A DNA stretch of 64,000 nucleotides, taken from an uncultured virus (IMG/VR IMGVR_UViG_3300030419_004292) (taxonomy: Duplodnaviria; Heunggongvirae; Uroviricota; Caudoviricetes). The translations under genes and the position numbers were made by a program. The DNA lies in IMG/VR virus record IMGVR_UViG_3300030419_004292; one strand, 5' to 3'. Below the pieces are notes generated by a model, which searched no databases, had not been told where the DNA came from, and worked only from the letters and a program-made list of their open reading frames with translations. This document shows, piece by piece, positions 36,483 to 47,351 of the stretch. Each line of letters begins with the position of its first letter. Position 1 is the first letter of the stretch.

Positions 36483-36851
36483 ATGAACAATTGTGCTTTC
36501 GTTGGCCGCTTGGCTTCTGACCCCGTCATCAAGGAACTTAACAACACCCATCTCGTCAACTTCACGTTGGCTATAGAAGAACACAGAAGAGACAAAGACG
36601 GCACAAAGAGAAAGCGAGTAGATTTTCTAGATTTTGAAGCTTGGGATAGCGGGGCTACAACAATAGACAAGTATTGCTGCAAGGGAGATCAGTTGGCTGT
36701 AACGGCGACAGCCAGACAGCAGAGATGGAAAAGCGATGATGGTAGTGGTCGCTCTAGAATTAATTTTAGAGTAAATAGCTTCAAGCTCTTCAGCAATAAA
36801 GGTTACGCTTCCGAAGAAGAGACTCAGGAGCAAGCTGTGGCAGCAGAATAG
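36483..36851 (+). CDS. ssb: single-stranded DNA-binding protein
   Basis: MNNCAFVGRLASDP, NFTLA, DF..EAW and KGDQL; RBS AGGAG. Confidence 0.9.
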   Translation: MNNCAFVGRLASDPVIKELNNTHLVNFTLAIEEHRRDKDGTKRKRVDFLDFEAWDSGATTIDKYCCKGDQLAVTATARQQRWKSDDGSGRSRINFRVNSFKLFSNKGYASEEETQEQAVAAE

Positions 36852-36854
36852 CTA

Positions 36855-37322
36855 ATGGATGACAAAACTAGAGAGCTTGAGGAACTACTAGTTCAGCGAA
36901 ATTATGGACTGGTAGTTTCTCAGGCTTTGTCATTTTGTGCGCGAACAAACCTACTAGAAGATTGCATTCAGGTTGGATTAATAGGGTTGTTGAAGGCTAT
37001 AAGAAATTACGACCCGGAGAAAAGCAAATTTTCTACGTTCGCTACCATATGCATTAGAAATGAAATTCTAAGATTCAAAAACAAAAACAAGAAACACGAC
37101 AAGTGCATACATATAGTTGATAATATTTCTTATTCTGACAAGACTCCTATATGGGAATTTTTGCCAGACAATCTAAGTAAAGAAGATCGCAGGATCTTGG
37201 ACTTGAAGAAATCAAACTTTACTAAGAAAGAGATGTGTGATATGATTGGCTGCTCTAAAAGAGAACTGGATAAAAAGATAGCTAGGTTAATAAAGAAACT
37301 CAGATATGATAACGGCGAATAG
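36855..37322 (+). CDS. sigma-70 family RNA polymerase sigma factor
   Basis: EDCIQVGLIGLLKAIRNYDPEKSKFSTFATICIRNEI (region 2) and a C-terminal HTH. Confidence 0.88.
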   Translation: MDDKTRELEELLVQRNYGLVVSQALSFCARTNLLEDCIQVGLIGLLKAIRNYDPEKSKFSTFATICIRNEILRFKNKNKKHDKCIHIVDNISYSDKTPIWEFLPDNLSKEDRRILDLKKSNFTKKEMCDMIGCSKRELDKKIARLIKKLRYDNGE

Positions 37323-38961
37323 GAAGAAAAAAATACTTCTATGCAATGAGGCATCCTTTTTAAATACTGGATATGCCACATACGGAAGAGAACTTATGAA
37401 GAGGCTTTATGCCTCTGATAAATACGAGTTAGCAGAACTCTCTACCTACGCATCTTATGGAGACGAAAGATTTTCTCAGATACCTTGGAAAACTTATTCC
37501 AATCTACCAGACCCAAACGACCAAGAAGAAGCTAACTTATACGGATCAAACATAACTTATCAATTTGGTGAATTTAAGTTTGAATATGTTTTACTAGATT
37601 TTCAGCCCGACATAGTAGTAGACATCAGAGACTGGTGGATGCTTGAGTTTGAGGAAAGATCCCCGTTCAGGGGATTATTTTATTGGGCCATCATGCCAAC
37701 GGTGGACGCAGAACCACAAAATGAGCAATGGCTAGCAACATACGCATCTGCTGATGCTGTTTTCAATTATTCGGACTGGGGTTATGAGTTACTGAAAAAG
37801 GAAGGGGGCGGCAACATCAAGTGTCTCGGTAGCGCACCCCCTTCTTCTGACGCAGCATACGTCCCCGTAGCTGACAAGGACGCACACAAAAGCAAAATGG
37901 GTCTGAACCCCCAGTGCAAAATTGTTGGCACGATAATGAGAAACCAACGAAGAAAACTATTTCCAGATCTGTTTAAATCCTTTAGAAAATATTTAGACAT
38001 AACAAAAGATCCAGACACATATCTCTACTGTCACACATGCTATCCAGATGTTGGATGGGATATACCAAGGCTATTGAAACAGTACGACGTAGCTTCAAGA
38101 ACTATATTCACTTACAAATGTAATAAATGTAATGGAATTGCTCCATCAATTTATCAAGACATTGTCATGCAGTGTCCCCACTGTGGAGTTCACGCTTCTC
38201 AGCTAGCCAATGTTCAAAAAGGTCTTTCTTGTAAAGAGTTTGCTGAAATAATAAATATATTTGATCTATACATACAGTATGCAAACAGCGAGGGCTTTGG
38301 GCTTCCTCAAGTTGAAGCTGCCTCCTGCGGAGTTCCAGTAATGTCAGTTGATTACTCCGCAATGGAGAGTGTTGTTAGAAAAGTATCTGGAACACCTCTT
38401 AAATTGAAAGCGAAATATCTAGAACTAGAAACCGGTTGCTACAGAGCGGTTCCAGACAATGATTACACTGTAAAGCAACTTGTTGAATTTTTTAGTTTAA
38501 CCAAAGAGCAAAGAACTCAAAAAGGAATAGACACTAGATTAGCTTTTGAGAAAAACTACGGCTGGGATAAGACGGCAGAAATATGGATGTCATATTTTGA
38601 TTCAGTGCCCATCAGGCCGATAGAAGAAACTTGGCATTCTCCTCCCAGACTGCACAACCCAGTAGAAAGTATTCCAGAAGGGTTGAGTAAATCTGAACAG
38701 GCTTCATTTTTAATTGCTAATGTTTATGGAGAGCCAGAAAAAATTAATACATACATGTGGGCTAGGATGGCTAAAGATCTTAATTTAGGAACTTGGACAC
38801 AGGGTTCTGTTGGCGACATGTATTTTAATGAAGACGCACACATAGATTCTCAAAAATCTATACAGCCATTTGATCTAGAAACAGCCTATAAACTCTGTCA
38901 CAATATGTGTATGCATAGAAATCAATGGGAATCAGAGAGAGCCGCAAGATTTAAGCTATGA
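37306..38961 (+). CDS. GT4-like glycosyltransferase with zinc-ribbon insertion
   Basis: TGYA, RNQRRK, EGFGLPQVEAASCG and inserted CNKC...CPHC. Confidence 0.85.
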   Translation: MITANRKKKILLCNEASFLNTGYATYGRELMKRLYASDKYELAELSTYASYGDERFSQIPWKTYSNLPDPNDQEEANLYGSNITYQFGEFKFEYVLLDFQPDIVVDIRDWWMLEFEERSPFRGLFYWAIMPTVDAEPQNEQWLATYASADAVFNYSDWGYELLKKEGGGNIKCLGSAPPSSDAAYVPVADKDAHKSKMGLNPQCKIVGTIMRNQRRKLFPDLFKSFRKYLDITKDPDTYLYCHTCYPDVGWDIPRLLKQYDVASRTIFTYKCNKCNGIAPSIYQDIVMQCPHCGVHASQLANVQKGLSCKEFAEIINIFDLYIQYANSEGFGLPQVEAASCGVPVMSVDYSAMESVVRKVSGTPLKLKAKYLELETGCYRAVPDNDYTVKQLVEFFSLTKEQRTQKGIDTRLAFEKNYGWDKTAEIWMSYFDSVPIRPIEETWHSPPRLHNPVESIPEGLSKSEQASFLIANVYGEPEKINTYMWARMAKDLNLGTWTQGSVGDMYFNEDAHIDSQKSIQPFDLETAYKLCHNMCMHRNQWESERAARFKL

Positions 38962-40094
38962 AAGTACTATATATATCCAATTATAAAGACGGCACAGGAT
39001 GGGGGAATGCCGCGACTGATTACATACTAGCCATGGATTCGGTTGGCATAGATGTGGTATGCAGATCTATCAGTTTTAATGGGGAAAAGGGTGAAGTACA
39101 CCCTAGAATACTTGAGCTAGAGAGAAAAAGTAGCAGACACAGCAACGTTTGTATACAGCATCTCTTGCCGCACATGCTGGATTACAACGGAAGGTTTGAA
39201 AAAAATATTGCTCTCTACGAATCAGAGACCAGCAACTTTAAAAGTTCTAGATGGACTGAATATATAAATACCATGGATGAGGCTTGGGTAGTTAACAAAC
39301 AAATGAGTGAAGCCTCATTAAGCAGCGGTGTTGAATCCCCGATAAGAATTATTCCCCACACATTTGACACATCTAAATACGATAAAGAATACAAGCCTTT
39401 AGATATTCCCTATATGGATATAGAGAACAAGTTTGTGTTTTATTTTATCGGAGAAGCAATAAGAAGAAAGAATATTTTCGCTCTCATAAAGGCTTTCCAT
39501 CTAGAGTTTGATGTTGACGAACCTGTAGATTTAATCATAAAGGCTAGCAAGGGCGGCATGAGTGACGATGATTGTGGAAAATATATAAAAGAACTATGTG
39601 ACACAGTAAAAGAGAACTTAAAGCTGTATCCCAGCAACGATTTATATAAGAGTGAATTTATAACCACGGGATTTCTTGACAACGAAAAGATGATGCGGTT
39701 CCACAAGACCATGGATTGTTTCGTTATGCCCAGTTACGGAGAAGCTTGGTGTCTACCAGCTTTTGACGCAATGGCAATGGGAAGCACCCCCATCTGCACA
39801 AATGTGGGTGGTATGTCAGACTTCCTCAATGATGGCGGTGGAACTTTGATTGATGGAGTTCTAGAACCGGCTTTTGGAATGACAGAAACATTTCAAGATC
39901 TTTATACGGGGAGAGAAGATTGTGTGTCCATAAATGTCAGAAAGCTACAAAAGGCGATGAGGAGAATGTATTATTTAGCCAGCATTTCTGACAGCAAATA
40001 TACCAATCTTCAGAAGCAGGGAAGAGAAATAGCAGATAAATATTCTTATGAGAATATAGGAAACAGAATTAAAGAGGCTCTGAATGTCAATTAG
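38958..40094 (+). CDS. GT4-like glycosyltransferase
   Basis: RRKNI..LIKAF and PSYGEAWCLPAFDAMAMG. Confidence 0.85.
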   Translation: MKVLYISNYKDGTGWGNAATDYILAMDSVGIDVVCRSISFNGEKGEVHPRILELERKSSRHSNVCIQHLLPHMLDYNGRFEKNIALYESETSNFKSSRWTEYINTMDEAWVVNKQMSEASLSSGVESPIRIIPHTFDTSKYDKEYKPLDIPYMDIENKFVFYFIGEAIRRKNIFALIKAFHLEFDVDEPVDLIIKASKGGMSDDDCGKYIKELCDTVKENLKLYPSNDLYKSEFITTGFLDNEKMMRFHKTMDCFVMPSYGEAWCLPAFDAMAMGSTPICTNVGGMSDFLNDGGGTLIDGVLEPAFGMTETFQDLYTGREDCVSINVRKLQKAMRRMYYLASISDSKYTNLQKQGREIADKYSYENIGNRIKEALNVN

Positions 40095-41106
40095 CCAAAT
40101 TAGCTCTATAACAAGAAGAGCAACGAGGACAGATGATGAGCCTCTAAATATACTTACATTTCCTACGCATGAAAGATACGAACAGAGTCTGTCAAGGACT
40201 AACAATAACTTCTACGCATACATGTCCGAAGGTTCCAAAGAGTGGAACACTGACTACTCTCCGGTCCCAAAAAATTATCATATACTAGACAAAAACATGG
40301 GAGACAACCAGCTTCCATTGAATGTTGATTTAGATCTAGTTTTGTGCCACACTTATGATCAGCAACTCATGATCTCAAGTCAAATATCCAACTATCTATC
40401 TATACCATTAGTAATTCTTTGTCACATACTGCCAGATATAAGAACTAGCCCAGAACAACAAACAGAAACCATCAGGATATGTCAAAGTATCCAATCCGAC
40501 GCCCATGTATTTATATCTGATTACAACAGGAGAAGATGGGGTAGAACGGCTTTTGATTCTCATGTTATTAGACATGGACTAGATACTGAATTTTGGTGTC
40601 CCAAAGAAGACATAGAAAAAGAACATCATGCACTTTCGGTGGTAAATTATTGGGCCAGTAGAGACTGGTGTTGTGGATTTAATCTTTGGCAAAAAGTGAT
40701 TAAAGATATTCCATATAAAGTTGCCGGTGACAATCCGGGGATGTCTACTGCCGCAAGATCCTTGGAAGAACTTAGAAGTTTTTACAGGAGTTGCAAAGTT
40801 TTCGTTAACACTTCGATACATTCTCCAGTTCCAACTACTCTGGTAGAAGCCATGTCCTGTGGTTGCGCAGTTGTGTCCACAAAAAATTGCATGATCCCAG
40901 AGGTAATAGAGCATGGAAAAAATGGGTTTATGTCTAATGATGAAGAAGAACTTAAAAAGTATATCAACATGCTCCTAGAAGATGAATCCCTAAGAGAATC
41001 TATGGGGAGAGAAGCCAGAAAAACTATTGTGGAAAGTCACAATCTAGATAGGTTCACCGAAGACTGGAATAGCTTATTCAATAAAGTAGTAGAGGAAATG
41101 TCGTGA
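40084..41106 (+). CDS. GT4-like glycosyltransferase
   Basis: LVEAMSCGCAVV..IPEVIEHGKNG. Confidence 0.85.
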   Translation: MSISQISSITRRATRTDDEPLNILTFPTHERYEQSLSRTNNNFYAYMSEGSKEWNTDYSPVPKNYHILDKNMGDNQLPLNVDLDLVLCHTYDQQLMISSQISNYLSIPLVILCHILPDIRTSPEQQTETIRICQSIQSDAHVFISDYNRRRWGRTAFDSHVIRHGLDTEFWCPKEDIEKEHHALSVVNYWASRDWCCGFNLWQKVIKDIPYKVAGDNPGMSTAARSLEELRSFYRSCKVFVNTSIHSPVPTTLVEAMSCGCAVVSTKNCMIPEVIEHGKNGFMSNDEEELKKYINMLLEDESLRESMGREARKTIVESHNLDRFTEDWNSLFNKVVEEMS

Positions 41107-41570
41107 AAGTTAACATTATATGCGGCGGCCATGCCATTACCGGATATGTAAATATAGATCCGTTGGCTAAAAATGAACCGGACAAGATAGCTGCCGACTT
41201 TGGAAATCTTGATAACTTAATCCACGACTCGGAAGCTACAGAGATATTGGCAACGGAAGTTGTACAGTACATACCATTTACCAGTGTGCCAAAAGTACTA
41301 GAAAACTGGGCAAAGAAATTACGAATTAACGGCAAGATATCGGTTGGCGGTTATGATGCAACAGAGGCTTGTAAATCATATGCAAACAAAACTTGTAGCT
41401 TAGAAGATTTAAATATTCTTCTTTATGGAGATCCCTCAACCCCCATAGCAAACTCTAGTGCTATATCTATGCCTTTTATAAAAAACATACTGGAGAACCT
41501 CGGTCTTAAAATACTAAAACAAAGAAAGAATGGTCACCATATATTAGTGGAGGCTGTGAGAGAAAAATGA
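41103..41570 (+). CDS. SAM methyltransferase-like protein
   Basis: GYVNID...LENWAKKLRINGKI, like a truncated type-11 methyltransferase. Confidence 0.55.
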   Translation: MKVNIICGGHAITGYVNIDPLAKNEPDKIAADFGNLDNLIHDSEATEILATEVVQYIPFTSVPKVLENWAKKLRINGKISVGGYDATEACKSYANKTCSLEDLNILLYGDPSTPIANSSAISMPFIKNILENLGLKILKQRKNGHHILVEAVREK

Positions 41571-42397
41571 GTTACGAATTAACTTCTTGCTGTAGAGGAT
41601 GTTGTTTTTCACAAACAGAGAAACAATCAAATGGAAAAAATTTGCAGACAGGCTGCGAGCTTGGCAGGGTGGAAAAATTTAAAAGTCTCAATACAGATGT
41701 AAAATTAGAAGAGAGCGAGAACGGAGAGTTTTTTGTTATCTCTAGATTTTGCACCTGCTATAGACCAGAAGAATGGATTGACACTCTAACCGAAGAAGAA
41801 AAAAATGACACCTCCCTTGCGGTAAGAAATGAAATTTCCGTTAGGATGGGAATCATAATTCTTTTTGATGGAAACAAACATGAAGAAGAGGGTTTAAAGT
41901 CTACAATTAAATGTTTTTCCAATCAAACAAAGACTCCGAGATATGTTGTTGTCGTTACCTCTAAAGCAGAGTACAACGACATGATACACTCTCTTCTTGT
42001 TGAAAGCTTTCCCGACAAGGAAAAAACTAATATACATTTAGTACAGTGTACTGATGAAGACCTACAGGACTATTTTAAAATTGACGAAGCATTCAAGCAT
42101 GCTTTAAACGGATTTTACTATGTCATTGAGGCTGGAACTGAACACAATGACGACTTCATAGAAAAATTTGATTCCTACATAAACGACGAATTGTCTCAGG
42201 TCGTTATGGTCAAGCCTAACAATGGGGTTAGCGGACTGCTTGTTCAGGCTTCCCTACACAAGCTTGTAAACGGAAGTCGTACTAAAATGAATCAGGATGA
42301 ATCCTTAAACACAGAGAACATCATTCAAAGAGTCATTAACATGGGTATTAATAATGGCGGAATCGATCTTGTTAAAGATTGGAGTGAAATAATCTAA
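41567..42397 (+). CDS. hypothetical protein, Cys-rich N-terminus, possible degenerate GT-A domain
   Basis: CCRGCCF, GCELGR and FCTCYR, then LKSTIKCFSNQT..PRYVVVV. Confidence 0.5.
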   Translation: MSYELTSCCRGCCFSQTEKQSNGKNLQTGCELGRVEKFKSLNTDVKLEESENGEFFVISRFCTCYRPEEWIDTLTEEEKNDTSLAVRNEISVRMGIIILFDGNKHEEEGLKSTIKCFSNQTKTPRYVVVVTSKAEYNDMIHSLLVESFPDKEKTNIHLVQCTDEDLQDYFKIDEAFKHALNGFYYVIEAGTEHNDDFIEKFDSYINDELSQVVMVKPNNGVSGLLVQASLHKLVNGSRTKMNQDESLNTENIIQRVINMGINNGGIDLVKDWSEII

Positions 42398-43209
42398 TGA
42401 TACCCAGAGTGACAATAATCATAGCAAACTATAATTATGACGCATATATATCTGATGCGATAAAAAGCGCAATAGATCAGGACTATGCCGGTCCACTTTC
42501 CGTGTGTATTGTAGACGATGGATCGACTGATTCTTCTTGGGAAAAAATTGAATCATTCTTTTCCAATACAGAATCTGATTATCTAGACGACATGAAGATA
42601 ATCCGTGGAACCGATGAAACGGGAAGGGTTAATCTTATAGGATTAAAAACAAGAAACGGTGGAGCCAGTGTAGCCAGAAACACAGGCATCAGTTTCTGCT
42701 TAGAAGATACCGATGTCTATGCTATACTTGATGCAGACGACATCTATTACCCCGATAAGATTTCTACGTGCATAAGAAAAATTATTGAGGATGACAGGGT
42801 TGGTGTTGTATACGCCGACTACGCCATACTTAATACTATAACCGGCGCAATTTACTATGAATCCAAATTGCCCTATGATAAAAATGTATTAGAAAAAGAA
42901 TGCATAGTTCACAGCGGGGCGCTAATAACTAAACACGCTTTTGAATCAATAAAAGAAGATGGACACTATTACGATCCTTCTCTCCACGGTCCAGCAAGCC
43001 AAGGGTTCATAGGATGTTCGGAAGATTATGATCTATGGATTAGAATGAGCGAACAATTTATGATCGTACATGTGCCAGAAGAGCTTGCTATAGCGAGAGA
43101 GGGAGATCAAAATCAGACTAGAAATGTCACCCAAGAGATATTTACTGAAAACTGGAAAAGAATATGGAATAAAAAACAGGCAAGAATAAATGCAGGTAGT
43201 CCACAATAG
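42397..43209 (+). CDS. GT2 glycosyltransferase
   Basis: IIANYNY, VDDGSTD, ARNTG, LDADD and EDYDLW. Confidence 0.92.
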   Translation: MIPRVTIIIANYNYDAYISDAIKSAIDQDYAGPLSVCIVDDGSTDSSWEKIESFFSNTESDYLDDMKIIRGTDETGRVNLIGLKTRNGGASVARNTGISFCLEDTDVYAILDADDIYYPDKISTCIRKIIEDDRVGVVYADYAILNTITGAIYYESKLPYDKNVLEKECIVHSGALITKHAFESIKEDGHYYDPSLHGPASQGFIGCSEDYDLWIRMSEQFMIVHVPEELAIAREGDQNQTRNVTQEIFTENWKRIWNKKQARINAGSPQ

Positions 43210-43891
43210 ATATACTACGCATATAAAAGATTCCAGAGATGACAATATAGTTTTCGTTATACTGTCTGCTGGTGTTGGAAATAGGATGCGTTCTTATGGG
43301 CCGAAGTGTTTATTTAAAACTTCAGAAGAAACCATATTAGACAAACAAATATCTACTATAAAATCTAATTTCTCTAACAATGAAATAATACTAGTTGTCG
43401 GCTTTGAAGCCAACAAAGTAATCAAAAAAATATCCGACGATATAAGAGTAGTAGAAAATCAACTTTACCAAGCGACCAATTCTGCGGAAAGCCTCAGACT
43501 AGCAGTTAATAATTCTGTTGCGGATAAGATATTTTTTATACACGGAGATTTAATCTTTAATAAAGAGACATTTGACAATTTAGATTTTTCAAAATCCTTT
43601 GTAGTTGTAGATTCTAAAAATCAAATCTCTGATGACGAAGTGGGAATAACTATTGTAAACAATAGAGCCACCTTTTTTTCTTATGGCCTTGACACTAAAT
43701 GGTGTCAGATGGCTTACATTAGAGGAAAAGAATTTTCTATTCTTAAATCCTTATACAGTAAACCGGGCAAAGACAAGCTATACACATTTGAAATGTTAAA
43801 TATGATCATAGATAAAAAGGGTGTTTTATTGACCATAGAACCAGAGAACATGTATATAAAAGAAATAGATTCATTTAAAGATCTGCCATGA
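43190..43891 (+). CDS. sugar/choline-phosphate nucleotidyltransferase (LicC/NTP_transferase-like)
   Basis: ILSAGVGNRM...PKCL, HGDLIF and EIDSFKDL. Confidence 0.8.
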   Translation: MQVVHNRYTTHIKDSRDDNIVFVILSAGVGNRMRSYGPKCLFKTSEETILDKQISTIKSNFSNNEIILVVGFEANKVIKKISDDIRVVENQLYQATNSAESLRLAVNNSVADKIFFIHGDLIFNKETFDNLDFSKSFVVVDSKNQISDDEVGITIVNNRATFFSYGLDTKWCQMAYIRGKEFSILKSLYSKPGKDKLYTFEMLNMIIDKKGVLLTIEPENMYIKEIDSFKDLP

Positions 43892-44949
43892 AAATTATGA
43901 TAGCTAGCGACGGTCTTCACGCACATTATTACGAAAGAATGGCGTGGGCCAAGGCGTTTAACGCCAGTGGAAACATCGTGTCAGTATGGGATATTAACAA
44001 CACTCCTGTATTTGATGCTTTCGATAGATTTGAACCTGATGTATTTTTAGGTCAATCTTATAACATGAACAGAGCACTGTATCAATGCATAAAAGAAAGA
44101 CCTCACTTAAAAGTAGGACTGCGCGCCGGTGACTGGGGTGACTTTGACAAGAATGTTGACAGACAAAGATATAATATATTGTTTGCTGACCCACTAGAGG
44201 TTGACTTACTAAGAAAATTAAAAGATGAAACCGGAAAACCAGACTTTGTACACATACACTATGATGCGGATGCTGTAAAAGTTACGCATAACAAATGGGA
44301 CCAAAGCGGAATAAAATCTCTATCGATAATGATGTCTGCGGATATATTTGACTATACCGATGGGGTTTCTCAACCAGAATATGAAAGCGATATAGCTTTC
44401 GTTGGAGGATATTGGCCCTATAAAGCACAGATAATAGACAGATATCTAACCCCCTTATGCTATCCCTTGGGAAAATATAGTATAAAGATATATGGAAACC
44501 AAAGATGGAGAGTTCCTCAGTACATGGGATTCGCAGACAACACTCAAGTAAAAGACATTCTAGCGTCTGCAAAAATATGTCCCAACCTTAGCGAGCCTCA
44601 CGCGCAAGAATTTGGATTTGACGTAAACGAGAGATGCTTTAAGCTGCTCTCAAATAAATGTTTCTGTATTTCTGACAACGTAGCGTCCTTGAAAAAAATC
44701 TTTGACGGCAACGGTGTTGTTTTTTCTGAAGAACCAGAAGAATTCCAAGGGTTGGTGGATCATTACATCAAGAATCCAGAAGAAAGAGACGCTCATATAC
44801 AGAAGGGGTACGCCAATGTGATGTCAAATCACACCAACTTCCATAGGGCTGCCGAAATATTCTCCGGTCTGGGATTAGAGAAAAAATCCCAAGAATGTCT
44901 CTCTGTACTGAATCATATAAAAACAACGGCAGGATTAAATGTACATTAA
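43888..44949 (+). CDS. CgeB-like glycosyltransferase
   Basis: DIAFVGG, ASAKICPN, NERCF and HTNFHRA. Confidence 0.7.
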   Translation: MKIMIASDGLHAHYYERMAWAKAFNASGNIVSVWDINNTPVFDAFDRFEPDVFLGQSYNMNRALYQCIKERPHLKVGLRAGDWGDFDKNVDRQRYNILFADPLEVDLLRKLKDETGKPDFVHIHYDADAVKVTHNKWDQSGIKSLSIMMSADIFDYTDGVSQPEYESDIAFVGGYWPYKAQIIDRYLTPLCYPLGKYSIKIYGNQRWRVPQYMGFADNTQVKDILASAKICPNLSEPHAQEFGFDVNERCFKLLSNKCFCISDNVASLKKIFDGNGVVFSEEPEEFQGLVDHYIKNPEERDAHIQKGYANVMSNHTNFHRAAEIFSGLGLEKKSQECLSVLNHIKTTAGLNVH

Positions 44950-45889
44950 AAAAGATGCCAGAATAATGGTTACTGGAGGAACCGGGTTTCTCGGCAAGGC
45001 GGTTGTCAGACTGCTGAAAAAGGATGGTTACACCAGCGTGATACCTTTGCCGGGGTCTAAGACTTGGGATTTAACAAAACAGAACTATGTGGTTTATGCC
45101 CTTCAGCAATTTAAGCCTGAAGTAATCCTACATCTTGCTGCTAGAGTTGGTGGCATTGGTGCAAACCAAAAAAATCCGGGCAGGTTTATGTATGAAAACT
45201 TATCCATGGGCTTAAACTTAATAGAAGGGGCAAGAAGACAGAATATATGTAAAAAATTTGTCATGGTCGGAACCGTTTGCGCTTACCCAAAATTTACTCC
45301 GGTCCCATTCAAGGAAGAAGATATCTGGGAGGGATATCCAGAGGAAACGAATGCCCCGTATGGCATAGCTAAAAAATCATTGATGCAACTTTTGATAGCC
45401 TACAAAGAACAGTATGGTTTCAACTCTGTTAACCTTATTCCCGTCAACATGTATGGTCCTGAAGATAATTTTAACCCAGAAAGTAGTCATGTCATACCAG
45501 CGCTTATAAGAAAATTTCACAAGTCAACACTAGAAAAGCCTCATAAAAAAGTAAGTGTTTGGGGCACAGGAAAGGCTAGCAGGGAATTTTTATACGTTGA
45601 AGATTGCGCCAGAGCTATTATAATGGCGATGGAGGAACACAATGATCCCGAGCCTGTTAACATAGGAACTGGAGTAGAAATAACAATTAAAGACTTAGTG
45701 GATAATATCTCTAAAAAAATGTCGTACAACGGAGAGATAGTATGGCATTCTGAAAAACCAGATGGACAGCCCAGAAGATGTCTGGACACTTCTAAAGCAG
45801 AAAAACTTTTTGGATTTAAAGCTAGTACCGATTTCGATACTGGATTACAAAAAACAATAGACTGGTTCGAGGTTGCAATAAAATGTTAG
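44939..45889 (+). CDS. fcl: GDP-L-fucose synthase
   Basis: HLAARVGGIGAN, CAYPK, YGIAKK, SHVIPAL, WGTGKASREFLYV and PDGQPRR. Confidence 0.92.
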   Translation: MYIKKDARIMVTGGTGFLGKAVVRLLKKDGYTSVIPLPGSKTWDLTKQNYVVYALQQFKPEVILHLAARVGGIGANQKNPGRFMYENLSMGLNLIEGARRQNICKKFVMVGTVCAYPKFTPVPFKEEDIWEGYPEETNAPYGIAKKSLMQLLIAYKEQYGFNSVNLIPVNMYGPEDNFNPESSHVIPALIRKFHKSTLEKPHKKVSVWGTGKASREFLYVEDCARAIIMAMEEHNDPEPVNIGTGVEITIKDLVDNISKKMSYNGEIVWHSEKPDGQPRRCLDTSKAEKLFGFKASTDFDTGLQKTIDWFEVAIKC

Positions 45890-46473
45890 AAAACGAAACA
45901 ATGATCGCCAAGTTTGGGCCGAAGGTGGCCTTGGATATATTCTACAGAGGTAAAGATATATCCGAAACAAATATGCTGATAACAACAGATCAAGGAGGGA
46001 GGGCTTCTAGAGATGAAGTCTTTTACGAAGTTCTCAAAATGTTTAATGAAGAGCCTATAAAAATATTACAAGCTGGAGCTATAGAAAGCTTTGACTCTTC
46101 TTTTAGATTTGGCTCCGGTTGGTCAGATATATTCTTTGCCAACTATATAAAAAAGCACGGAGGAGAGCTTACGATATGTGATCCAGATCTTGACCATCTT
46201 GCAAATTCAATAGCATCAGCATCTCTTTTGAATTACAACATTAACAGCATGTTTGGTCGCGCCGAAGACTATATGACCACGGACTATGATCTTTATTACC
46301 TAGATGGAAGCAATGATCCAGAAGAGTGTGCTGAACAGGTGGATATTATAAAGGATGCTAGCTGCGTTATTTTATGCGATGATTTTTACACAAAAGGGTC
46401 CATGGTCAAAGACAAGTTTGATTGGCAAATCAGACCGGTGGCGAACATCATGGGTATATTAGATTTGAGATGA
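45883..46473 (+). CDS. putative class I SAM-dependent methyltransferase
   Basis: DLYYLDG and ILCDD...KG. Confidence 0.55.
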   Translation: MLENETMIAKFGPKVALDIFYRGKDISETNMLITTDQGGRASRDEVFYEVLKMFNEEPIKILQAGAIESFDSSFRFGSGWSDIFFANYIKKHGGELTICDPDLDHLANSIASASLLNYNINSMFGRAEDYMTTDYDLYYLDGSNDPEECAEQVDIIKDASCVILCDDFYTKGSMVKDKFDWQIRPVANIMGILDLR

Positions 46474-47351
46474 TAACTGGGATAGCGTTTAGCAAAGATA
46501 GAGCCATGCAGCTAAGGCTTCTCTTAGAGAGTCTGCAAAAAAACTTTATTGATCTTGAAGACACGCACGTATTATATTCATACTCCAATGATAGATTTAA
46601 AAATGGGTACGAAAAACTAAAATCTGAATTTCCCAGAGTTGTATTTCACACCCAGTCAGACGATTTTTATTCAGACATTTTAGATATTGTAAGTCTTTCT
46701 AATAATTATGTATCTTTTTTTACTGACGATGATATAATTTACAGGCCAGTGCCCACTTTTGTTCATGTTTTAGACAATGTGTTTGGCTCGTCTCAGGTGT
46801 CCTGCTTCTCTCTCAGGCTAGGATACAACACGACAATCAGAGAATCTGAAGGGGTTTCTTTCAATGACTCTATGCCTACACAGGTATTTGAATTGGAAGT
46901 TGGAATATCTGAAATCTTAATTGCATGGAATAGAACAAGTCTACCGACTGGTGGCTACTGGTCGTATCCACTATCTGTTGACGGGCATATCTTTAAAAAA
47001 GAAAAAATGTTGGGCTTTGTCAATGAAATTTCCTGCCTACATAAACATGATTGTTTTAGCGGAGAGATTAAGCAACGACCTAATTTTTTTGAATCAGTAC
47101 TTCAAAGATTTTATTTTGAACTACCGCCAATGATGGCATCTTTTACAGAAAGCGTGCTGGTTAACAGCCCTAACAACAGAGTCCAAGACGATTTTAAAAA
47201 TGTTTCTGGTTCAGTATTCTCTTTTGCTCAAGAAGACCTTAATGAAAAGTATCTAGAGGGATATATAATAGATCTAGGGAACATAGACTTTTCAAATATT
47301 AAATGTCCTCACCAAGAATTAAATCTATCTATAAAAAAATATGAAGAATAA
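46470..47351 (+). CDS. glycosyltransferase-like protein (GT-A)
   Basis: FSKDRAMQL..LLES, FFTDDD, SLRLG and YPLSVDG. Confidence 0.65.
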   Translation: MITGIAFSKDRAMQLRLLLESLQKNFIDLEDTHVLYSYSNDRFKNGYEKLKSEFPRVVFHTQSDDFYSDILDIVSLSNNYVSFFTDDDIIYRPVPTFVHVLDNVFGSSQVSCFSLRLGYNTTIRESEGVSFNDSMPTQVFELEVGISEILIAWNRTSLPTGGYWSYPLSVDGHIFKKEKMLGFVNEISCLHKHDCFSGEIKQRPNFFESVLQRFYFELPPMMASFTESVLVNSPNNRVQDDFKNVSGSVFSFAQEDLNEKYLEGYIIDLGNIDFSNIKCPHQELNLSIKKYEE

